From positions 19,220,001 through 19,284,000 of the forward strand of contig OZ024764.1 of assembly GCA_964016885.1 (NCBI GenBank): a stretch of DNA of 64,000 nucleotides, read 5' to 3'. The DNA comes from Eledone cirrhosa (lineage: Eukaryota). Under the pieces are notes generated by a model. The model was not told the origin of the DNA. It made no database searches and worked only from the letters and a program-made list of their open reading frames with translations. The translations under genes were made by a program, and so were the position numbers. Below, piece after piece: positions 1 to 12,600 of this stretch; position 1 is the first letter of the stretch, and every line of letters starts with the position of its first letter.

Positions 1-106
1 TAGTAAACAACAGTTTGGAGAAATCTGTAACATTTATTAAACATTCCTCAAGTTTGTCAATTCTATAGCACAATAGTTTGTTAGTTAAAGTGTTTAGTTA
101 GATGTT

Positions 107-468
107 CTACATATAAAGAAGAGAGAATACTTTACCACAAATATTACAGTGGTATAATGATTTTCCCATCTCTTCTGGAAAATATTCCTATGTTGATGTA
201 AATATTTCTATTGTTCATAATTTTATCAAATGTGATCTTTGTCAATATCCAAATATTTTGAAAACTCCTTTGTAAATATCTAAAGTTTAATCAGAATGTA
301 AAATCATCTTGTAAATATTCCAGACAGTGAAAAAGGAAAATATTTATCTCAATTCAGAAGAAATATTTCACCATAATTCACCACAGACTAAACAAGTTTA
401 TATCACTTGTATGTAACATCTTTCTGTTGTCTTTAAAAGACTCTTTTCTGTCAAGGTCATGTGATATT
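107..468 (-). pseudogene. Relic ZNF exon: acceptor, ZNF-type 5' leader and half finger [20 protein letters not shown]
   Basis: Acceptor ...ctactatttcag ending at 469 resembles the real one; shares tgtctggaat..tacaagatgatttt motif; mini-ORF 169-107. Confidence 0.75.
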
Positions 469-589
469 CTGAAATAGTAGAGAAACATTATTAAGATATT
501 TAGAAAATAGAGATACAACAGTGAAAACTTTACTACATCTCTATATTAATAGATATAAACCTTACATGGTGACACAAACACTGCAACAC

Positions 590-1380
590 TAACTTACAGG
601 AAAACATCTAGTTACTTGATCTAGTTACTTCAATCAGGTGAAGAGATAAACTAGATTGACTTCATTCTCATCAGAAAACAGGATAGACAGATGGTTGGGA
701 ATATTAACTCCTTTACTGGAGAAGGACATACCACTCAACATAGACTAGATACTAGGTGTAAGATCTAGAGGGACTGACAGATACAAGACTAGCTGGAGAT
801 AGAAGGGTTGGAGAGTAAAAGATCTCCCTGTTAAATATAAGATCTAGAGGGACTGTGAGAGAGGTACAAGACAACCTAGAGAAAAGGGAAGGGATAGTAA
901 AAGATCTCCGTGTTAAATATAAGATATAGCGGGACTGTGAGAGAGATACAAGACAACCTAAATAAAGAGTAGAGATAATAAAAGATCTTCCTGTTAAATA
1001 TAAAATCTAGAAGGGCAGTGAGAGAGGTACAAGACAACTTAGAGAAAAGGGTAGGGATAGTAAAAGATCTCCCTGTTAAATATAAGATCTAGAGGGACTG
1101 TGAGAGAGGTACAACACCACCTAGAGAAAAGGGTAGGGATAGTAAAAGATCTCCCTGTTAAATATAAGATCTACAGGGACTGTGAGAGAGGTACAAGACA
1201 ACCTAGAGAAAAGGGTAGGGACAGTAAAAGAGCTCCCTGTTAAATATAAATTCAGAGATGTTCTACATGATACATATGATAAGGAGGAGGAGATTGATAG
1301 CTATGACATAGAAGATATCTGGAAGTTTCTTTCTGCCAGCAAGATGAATGTTGCCTTGGTGATGGAATAGTACAGTAGAT
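590..1380 (+). mobile_element. Old RTE LINE fragment (endonuclease C-terminus/linker) containing an 82-bp minisatellite
   Basis: IDFILIRKQDRQMVGNINSFTGEGHTTQHRL; KELPVKYKFRDVLHDTYDKEEEIDSYDIEDIWKFL aligns to KDLSLKYKFRKALQDVYDEKEDDLESYDMDDNWNFL of the RTE at ~15740. Confidence 0.75.
761..1250. repeat. ~82-bp minisatellite, ~6 units (also ~25157-26636 and ~45725-47458, interrupted by an RTE insertion)
   Basis: Unit agatctagagggactgtgagagaggtacaagacaacctagagaaaagggtagggatagtaaaagatctccctgttaaatata. Confidence 0.92.
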
Positions 1381-1580
1381 AGAAGTTGAAATCTAAAAGA
1401 CCTGAAGAGACAGGAGGGGAACAACAATATCAAATAGTTAAAATGGAAGCTAGATATTGATTACAAGTTATTGATTTCTGTTGTTATTGTTAAAATCTGT
1501 TTAATCTGTGATATTTGAGACAATGTACAGGACAATAGAATTAATATCAATGTCAGACTAGCAACAACAAAAGTTTTCAT

Positions 1581-1586
1581 TTTATT
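1581..1586 (-). terminator. Polyadenylation signal of ZNF copy 1 (equivalents 27384-27389, 48215-48220)
   Basis: AATAAA on minus strand ~270 nt after stop, followed by TTTTGTTGTTG; conserved in all three copies. Confidence 0.6.
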
Positions 1587-1855
1587 GGCAGGTTTAAATT
1601 ACAGAAGTTCCCAACCTTTACTAAAAATACAAATATATATCTTACCTGTTAAAGTATAATAAATCAAAGTTTAATGTGAAAAACTTTAATTTACACAAAA
1701 TCTTCAAACACTGCTTCAAAAATGGAAACCTGGTGTTTATGATCCCTGTCATAGGTAAAACCTACAAGGTTAACCCCAGTTTTAGCAAGGATGATGGATC
1801 TACACATTGGTTGTTGTTGTTGTAGTATGATGTAATGAGTTTGATATTGATACAG

Positions 1856-2737
<882 letters not shown>

Positions 2738-3537
2738 TCAATGACCTCAGTTTCTCACATAATTCACAATTTTAATATTTTTCTCCTCTTAATATATGGA
2801 TATTTTTCTTCTTTATATTTATAATATTATTCCTAAAATATATTCCTCCAGATATATTTCTATCAACTTTGGTCTTTCTTTATATTTAAAGATGATACAA
2901 AATGTTTTGTAGATCTCTTCAAGTTTAATATACATATAAAATCATCTTGTACAAATTCCAGACAATGAAGAATCTAATTTTTCTAGTTTTCATTTGATTA
3001 GTTATTCCTGTAATAATGGAAATATTTCTACTCCTGTAGTTCCATCAACTATCATCTTTGTCAATATATGAAGATCTTACAAAATCATTTGTAAATTTCT
3101 TCTGCTTTATTTTGTATCTTCTACATATTCCAGACAGCAAAGAATAGAAGGGTTATTGAGTTTACAAGAAATATTTCCCAGTATTTCTCCCATAGATTTA
3201 TATAAACAAGGTTGTATCTGTTCTGTATAACAGCTTCCTTTAGTCTTTAAATAATGGTGTTGATGAAACAACTGATATAAATGTGTTTTATCCTTTTCAT
3301 ACCAGTCTTTATATTTATCTAAAAACTTTCCATTATAACTTCATGAAATTGTGCAAATTTATGTTCCAAATAGCAGCTTAATACTGAGAACTTTAGTTAT
3401 ATTACTAAATCCCTTCAAAGTGTTGAGTGTTTTCAAAATTATTTGAAAATGATGGGTAGTGTCTTTCATTAGAAAGGGTTAATATTGAGGATATGTCTGA
3501 TGTAACGTGCTCTTTAATGCCAATGTCCTCTGGTATT

Positions 3538-3560
3538 CTGAAATAATAAAAGAACATTAT
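3538..3560 (-). promoter_or_regulatory. Splice acceptor of ZNF exon (exon starts 3537; equivalents 29843 and 50675)
   Basis: ttcttttattatttcAG|aatacc on minus strand, conserved in three copies and mirrored by the relic exon. Confidence 0.7.
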
Positions 3561-3681
3561 AAGATATTCAGAAACTTGTAATACATCAGTACAAATTTCA
3601 TATAATATTTCTATATAGGTAAATGGACTGTAATAAATACTAAGGCCTTCCTTGGTGAAGAATGTGCTGACTAACATAGGT

Positions 3682-6600
3682 TAGTTATTAGTGGCAGTAG
3701 ATTATACTGACTGATAAAAGTAGTTATTAGTGGCAGTAGATTAAACTGACTGATAAAAGTAGTTATTAGTGACAGTAGATTAAACTGACTGATAAAAGTA
3801 GTTATTAGTGGCAGTAGATTAAACTGACTGATAAAAATAGTTATTAGTGACATTAGATTAAACTGACTGATAAAAGTAGTTATTAGTGACATTAGATTAT
3901 ACTGACAGATAAAAGTTGTTATTAGTGATATTAGATTAAACTGACTGATAAAAGTAGTTATTAGTGATATTAGATTAAACTGACTGATAAAAGTAGTTAT
4001 TAGTGATATTAGATTAAACTGACTGATAAAAGTAGTTATTAGTGATATTAGATTAAACTGACTGATAAAAGTAGTTATTAGTGACATTAGATTAAACTGA
4101 CTGATAAAAGTAGTTATTAGTGACATTAGATTAAACTGACTGATAAAAGTAGTTATTAGTGACATTAGATTAAACTGACTGATAAAAGTAGTTATTAGTG
4201 ACATTAGATTAAACTGACTGATAAAAGTAGTTATTAGTGACATTAGATTATACTGACTGATAAAAGTAGTTATTAGTGACATTAGATTATACTGACTGAT
4301 AAAAGTTATTAGTGACATTAGATTAAACTGACTGATAAAAGTAGTTATTAGTGGCAGTAGATTAAACTGACTGATAAAAGTAGTTATTAGTGACATTAGA
4401 TTAAACAGACTGATAAAAGTAGTTATTAGTGACATGAGATTATACTGACAGATAAAAGTAGTTATTAGTGACTTTAGATTAAACTGACTGATAAAAGTAG
4501 TTATTAGTGACATTAGATTATACTGACAGATAAAAGTAGTTATTAGTGACATTAGATTATACTGACAGATAAAAGTAGTTATTAGTGGCAGTAGATTAAA
4601 CTGACAGATAAAAGTAGTTATTAATGAGATTAGATTAAACTGACTGATAAAAGTAGTTATTAGTGACATTAGATTATACTGACTGATAAAAGTAGTTATA
4701 AGTGACAGTAGATTATACTGACTGATAAAAGTAGTTATTAGTGACATTAGATTATACAGACTGATAAAAGTAGTTATTAGTGACATTAGATTATACTGAC
4801 TGATAAAAGTAGTTATTAGTGACATTAGATTATACAGACTGATAAAAGTAGTTATTAGTGACATTAGATTATACTGACTGATAAAAGTAGTTATTAGTGA
4901 CATTAGATTATACTGACTGATAAAAGTAGTTATTAGTGACATTAGATTAAACTGACTGATAAAAGTAGTTATTAGTGACATTAGATTATACTGACTGATA
5001 AAAGTAGTTATTAGTGGCAGTAGATTATACTGACAGATAAAAGTAGTTATTAGTGAGATTAGATTAAACTGACTGATAAAAGTAGTTATTAGTGACAGTA
5101 GATTAAACTGACTGATAAAAGTAGTTATTAGTGACATTAGATTAAACTGACTGATAAAAGTAGTTATTAGTGGCAGTAGATTATACTGACTGATAAAAGT
5201 AGTTATTAGTGACGTTAGATTATACTGACTGATAAAAGTTGTTATTAGTGACATTAGATTATACTGACTGATAAAAGTAGTTATTAGTGACATTAGATTA
5301 AACTGACTTATAAAAGTAGTTATTAGTGGCATTAGATTAAACTGACTGATAAAAGTAGTTATTAGTGACATTAGATTATACTGACAGATAAAAGTAGTTA
5401 TTAGTGATATTAGATTAAACTGACTGATAAAAGTAGTTATTAGTGACATTAGATTATACTGACAGATAAAAGTAGTTATTAGTGATATTAGATTAAACTG
5501 ACTGATAAAAGTAGTTATTAGTGACATTAGATTAAACTGACTGATAAAAGTTGTTATTAGTGACATTAGATTAAACTGACTGATAAAAGTAGTTATTAGT
5601 GGCAGCAGATTAAACTGACTGATAAAAGTAGTTATTAGTGACGTTAGATTAAACTGACTGATAAAAGTAGTTATTAGTGATATTAGATTAAACTGACTGA
5701 TAAAAGTAGTTATTAGTGACATTAGATTATACAGACTGATAAAAGTAGTTATTAGTGACATTAGATTATACTGACTGATAAAAGTAGTTATTAGTGACAT
5801 TAGATTATACTGACTGATAAAAGTAGTTATTAGTGACATTAGATTAAACTGACTGATAAAAGTAGTTATTAGTGACATTAGATTAAACTGACTGATAAAA
5901 GTAGTTATTAGTGACATTAGATTATACTGACAGATAAAAGTAGTTATTAGTGACATTAGATTATACTGACTGATAAAAGTAGTTATTAGTGACATTAGAT
6001 TATACTGACTGATAAAAGTAGTTATTAGTGACTTTAGATTATACTGACTGATAAAAGTAGTTATTAGTGACATGAGATTATACTGACTGATAAAAGTAGT
6101 TATTAGTGACATTAGATTATACTGACTGATAAAAGTAGTTATTAGTGACATTAGATTAAACTGACTGATAAAAGTAGTTATTAGTGACATTAGATTATAC
6201 TGACTGATAAAAGTAGTTATTAGTGACATTAGATTATACTGACTGATAAAAGTAGTTATTAGTGGCAGTAGATTATACTGACTGATAAAAGTAGTTATTA
6301 GTGGCATTAGATTATACTGACTGATAAAAGTAGTTATTAGTGACATTAGATTAAACTGACTGATAAAAGTAGTTATTAGTGACATGAGATTAAACTGACT
6401 GATAAAAGTAGTTATTAGTGGCAGTAGATTATACTGACTGATAAAAGTAGTTATTAGTGACATTAGATTATACTGACTGATAAAAGTAGTTATTAGTGGC
6501 AGTAGATTATACTGACTGATAAAAGTAGTTATTAGTGACATTAGATTATACTGACTGATAAAAGTAGTTATTAGTGACATTAGATTAAACTGACTGATAA

Positions 6601-9600
6601 AAGTAGTTATTAGTGACATTAGATTATACTGACTGATAAAAGTAGTTATTAGTGACAGTCGATTAAACTGACTGATAAAAGTAGTTATTAGTGACATTAG
6701 ATTAAACTGACTGATAAAAGTAGTTATTAGTGACATTAGATTAAACTGACTGATAAAAGTAGTTATTAGTGACATTAGATTAAACTGACTGATAAAAGTA
6801 GTTATTAGTGACATTAGATTAAACTGACTGATAAAAGTAGTTATTAGTGACATTAGATTAAACTGACTGATAAAAGTAGTTATTAGTGACATTAGATTAA
6901 ACTGACTGATAAAAGTAGTTATTAGTGACATTAGATTAAACTGACTGATAAAAGTAGTTATTAGTGACATTAGATTAAACTGACTGATAAAAGTAGTTAT
7001 TAGTGGCAGTAGATTATACTGACTGATAAAAGTAGTTATTAGTGACATTAGATTAAACTGACTGATAAAAGTAGTTATTAGTGGCAGTAGATTATACTGA
7101 CAGATAAAAGTAGTTATTAGTGACATTAGATTAAACTGACTGATAAAAGTAGTTATTAGTGACATTAGATTAAACTGACTGATAAAAGTAGTTATTAGTG
7201 GCAGTAGATTATACTGACTGATAAAAGTAGTTATTAGTGACATTAGATTATACTGACTGATAAAAGTAGTTATTAGTGACATTAGATTAAACTGACTGAT
7301 AAAAGTAGTTATTAGTGGCAGTAGATTAAACTGACTGATAAAAGTAGTTATTAGTGACATTAGATTAAACTGACTGATAAAAGTAGTTATTAGTGACATT
7401 AGATTATACTGACTGATAAAAGTAGTTATTAGTGACATTAGATTAAACTGACTGATAAAAGTAGTTATTAGTGGCAGTAGATTAAACTGACTGATAAAAG
7501 TAGTTATTAGTGGCAGTAGATTAAACTGACTGATAAAAGTAGTTATTAGTGACATTAGATTATACTGACTGATAAAAGTAGTTATTAGTGACATTAGATT
7601 ATACTGACTGATAAAAGTAGTTATTAGTGACATGAGATTATACTGACTGATAAAAGTAGTTATTAGTGACATTAGATTATACTGACTGATAAAAGTAGTT
7701 ATTAGTGACATTAGATTAAACTGACTGATAAAAGTAGTTATTAGTGACATTAGATTATACTGACTGATAAAAGTAGTTATTAGTGACATTAGATTATACT
7801 GACTGATAAAAGTAGTTATTAGTGGCAGTAGATTATACTGACTGATAAAAGTAGTTATTAGTGGCATTAGATTATACTGACTGATAAAAGTAGTTATTAG
7901 TGACATTAGATTAAACTGACTGATAAAAGTAGTTATTAGTGACATGAGATTAAACTGACTGATAAAAGTAGTTATTAGTGGCAGTAGATTATACTGACTG
8001 ATAAAAGTAGTTATTAGTGACATTAGATTATACTGACTGATAAAAGTAGTTATTAGTGGCAGTAGATTATACTGACTGATAAAAGTAGTTATTAGTGACA
8101 TTAGATTATACTGACTGATAAAAGTAGTTATTAGTGACATTAGATTAAACTGACTGATAAAAGTAGTTATTAGTGACATTAGATTATACTGACTGATAAA
8201 AGTAGTTATTAGTGACAGTCGATTAAACTGACTGATAAAAGTAGTTATTAGTGACATTAGATTAAACTGACTGATAAAAGTAGTTATTAGTGACATTAGA
8301 TTAAACTGACTGATAAAAGTAGTTATTAGTGACATTAGATTAAACTGACTGATAAAAGTAGTTATTAGTGACATTAGATTAAACTGACTGATAAAAGTAG
8401 TTATTAGTGACATTAGATTATACTGACTGATAAAAGTAGTTATTAGTGACATTAGATTAAACTGACTGATAAAAGTAGTTATTAGTGGCAGTAGATTAAA
8501 CTGACTGATAAAAGTAGTTATTAGTGACAGTAGATTATACTGACTGATAAAAGTAGTTATTAGTGACATTAGATCAAACTGACTGATAAAAGTAGTTATT
8601 AGTGACTTTAGATTAAACTGACTGATAAAAGTAGTTATTAGTGACATTAGATTAAACTGACTGATAAAAGTAGTTATTAGTGACATTAGATTAAACTGAC
8701 TGATAAAAGTAGTTATTAGTGACATTAGATTATACTGACTGATAAAAGTAGTTATTAGTGACATTAGATTATACTGACTGATAAAAGTTATTAGTGACAT
8801 TAGATTAAACTGACTGATAAAAGTAGTTATTAGTGGCAGTAGATTAAACTGACTGATAAAAGTAGTTATTAGTGACATTAGATTAAACAGACTGATAAAA
8901 GTAGTTATTAGTGACATGAGATTATACTGACAGATAAAAGTAGTTATTAGTGACTTTAGATTAAACTGACTGATAAAAGTAGTTATTAGTGACATTAGAT
9001 TATACTGACAGATAAAAGTAGTTATTAGTGACATTAGATTATACTGACAGATAAAAGTAGTTATTAGTGGCAGTAGATTAAACTGACAGATAAAAGTAGT
9101 TATTAATGAGATTAGATTAAACTGACTGATAAAAGTAGTTATTAGTGACATTAGATTATACTGACTGATAAAAGTAGTTATAAGTGACAGTAGTTTATAC
9201 TGACTGATAAAAGTAGTTATTAGTGACATTAGATTATACTGACTGATAAAAGTAGTTATTAGTGACATTAGATTATACTGACTGATAAAAGTAGTTATTA
9301 GTGACATTAGATTATACAGACTGATAAAAGTAGTTATTAGTGACATTAGATTATACTGACTGATAAAAGTAGTTATTAGTGACATTAGATTATACAGACT
9401 GATAAAAGTAGTTATTAGTGACATTAGATTATACTGACTGATAAAAGTAGTTATTAGTGACATTAGATTATACTGACTGATAAAAGTAGTTATTAGTGAC
9501 ATTAGATTATACTGACTGATAAAAGTAGTTATTAGTGGCAGTAGATTATACTGACAGATAAAAGTAGTTATTAGTGAGATTAGATTAAACTGACTGATAA

Positions 9601-12600
9601 AAGTAGTTATTAGTGACAGTAGATTAAACTGACTGATAAAAGTAGTTATTAGTGACATTAGATTAAACTGACTGATAAAAGTAGTTATTAGTGGCAGTAG
9701 ATTATACTGACTGATAAAAGTAGTTATTAGTGACGTTAGATTATACTGACTGATAAAAGTTGTTATTAGTGACATTAGATTATACTGACTGATAAAAGTA
9801 GTTATTAGTGACATTAGATTAAACTGACTTATAAAAGTAGTTATTAGTGGCATTAGATTAAACTGACTGATAAAAGTAGTTATTAGTGACATTAGATTAT
9901 ACTGACAGATAAAAGTAGTTATTAGTGATATTAGATTAAACTGACTGATAAAAGTAGTTATTAGTGACATTAGATTATACTGACTGATAAAAGTAGTTAT
10001 TAGTGACATTAGATTATACTGACTGATAAAAGTAGTTATTAGTGGCAGTAGATTATACTGACTGATAAAAGTAGTTATTAGTGGCATTAGATTATACTGA
10101 CTGATAAAAGTAGTTATTAGTGACATTAGATTATACTGACTGATAAAAGTAGTTATTAGTGACATTAGATTATACTGACTGATAAAAGTAGTTATTAGTG
10201 ACATTAGATTAAACTGACTGATAAAAGTAGTTATTAGTGACATGAGATTAAACTGACTGATAAAAGTAGTTATTAGTGGCAGTAGATTATACTGACTGAT
10301 AAAAGTAGTTATTAGTGACATGAGATTAAACTGACTGATAAAAGTAGTTATTAGTGGCAGTAGATTATACTGACAGATAAAAGTAGTTATTAGTGATATT
10401 AGATTAAACTGACTGATAAAAGTAGTTATTAGTGATATCAGATTAAACTGACTGATAAAAGTTGTTATTAGTGACATTAGATTAAACTGACTGATAAAAG
10501 TAGTTATTAGTGGCAGTAGATTAAACTGACTGATAAAAGTAGTTATTAGTGACGTTAGATTAAACTGACTGATAAAAGTAGTTATTAGTGATATTAGATT
10601 AAACTGACTGATAAAAGTAGTTATTAGTGATATTAGATTAAACTGACTGATAAAAGTAGTTATTAGTGACATTAGATTATACTGACTGATAAAAGTAGTT
10701 ATTAGTGACATTAGATTAAACTGACTGATAAAAGTAGTTATTAGTGACATTAGATTAAACTGACTGATAAAAGTAGTTATTAGTGACATTAGATTATACT
10801 GACAGATAAAAGTAGTTATTAGTGACATTAGATTATACTGACTGATAAAAGTAGTTATTAGTGACATTAGATTAAACTGACTGATAAAAGTAGTTATTAG
10901 TGACTTTAGATTATACTGACTGATAAAAGTAGTTATTAGTGACATGAGATTATACTGACTGATAAAAGTAGTTATTAGTGGCAGTAGATTAAACTGACTG
11001 ATAAAAGTAGTTATTAGTGGCAGTAGATTAAACTGACTGATAAAAGTAGTTATTAGTGACAGTAGATTATACTGACTGATAAAAGTAGTTATTAGTGACA
11101 TTAGATCAAACTGACTGATAAAAGTAGTTATTAGTGACTTTAGATTAAACTGACGGATAAAAGTAGTTATTAGTGACATTAGATTAAACTGACTGATAAA
11201 AGTAGTTATTAGTGACATTAGATTATACTGACTGATAAAAGTAGTTATTAGTGGCAGTAGATTATACTGACTGATAAAAGTAGTTATTAGTGACATTAGA
11301 TCAAACTGACTGATAAAAGTAGTTATTAGTGACTTTAGATTAAACTGACGGATAAAAGTAGTTATTAGTGGCAGTAGATTAAACTGACTGATAAAAGTAG
11401 TTATTAGTGACATTAGATTAAACAGACTGATAAAAGTAGTTATTAGTGACATGAGATTATACTGACAGATAAAAGTAGTTATTAGTGACTTTAGATTAAA
11501 CTGACTGATAAAAGTAGTTATTAGTGACATTAGATTAAACTGACAGATAAAAGTAGTTATTAGTGACATTAGATTATACTGACTGATAAAAGTAGTTATT
11601 AGTGACATTAGATTATACTGACAGATAAAAGTAGTTATTAGTGGCAGTAGATTAAACTGACTGATAAAAGTAGTTATTAGTGACATTAGATTAAACTGAC
11701 TGATAAAAGTAGTTATTAGTGACATTAGATTATACTGACAGATAAAAGTAGTTATTAATGAGATTAGATTAAACTGACTGATAAAAGTAGTTATTAGTGA
11801 CATTAGATTATACTGACTGATAAAAGTAGTTATAAGTGACAGTAGATTATACTGACTGATAAAAGTAGTTATTAGTGACATTAGATTATACAGACTGATA
11901 AAAGTAGTTATTAGTGACATTAGATTATACTGACTGATAAAAGTAGTTATTAGTGACATTAGATTATACAGACTGATAAAAGTAGTTATTAGTGACATTA
12001 GATTATACTGACTGATAAAAGTAGTTATTAGTGACATTAGATTATACTGACTGATAAAAGTAGTTATTAGTGACATTAGATTATACTGACTGATAAAAGT
12101 AGTTATTAGTGGCAGTAGATTATACTGACTGATAAAAGTAGTTATTAGTGACGTTAGATTATACTGACTGATAAAAGTTGTTATTAGTGACATTAGATTA
12201 TACTGACTGATAAAAGTAGTTATTAGTGACATTAGATTATACTGACTTATAAAAGTAGTTATTAGTGGCATTAGATTAAACTGACTGATAAAAGTAGTTA
12301 TTAGTGACATTAGATTATACTGACAGATAAAAGTAGTTATTAGTGATATTAGATTAAACAGACTGATAAAAGTAGTTATTAGTGACATTAGATTATACTG
12401 ACAGATAAAAGTAGTTATTAGTGATATTAGATTAAACTGACTGATAAAAGTAGTTATTAGTGATATCAGATTAAACTGACTGATAAAAGTTGTTATTAGT
12501 GACATTAGATTAAACTGACTGATAAAAGTAGTTATTAGTGGCAGTAGATTAAACTGACTGATAAAAGTAGTTATTAGTGACATTAGATTATACTGACAGA

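Noticed and set aside
3405-3677. 90-aa ORF conserved in all three copies
   Set aside because: Straddles the predicted acceptor (FFYYFR is the pyrimidine tract) and antisense RTE DNA; conservation reflects recent duplication
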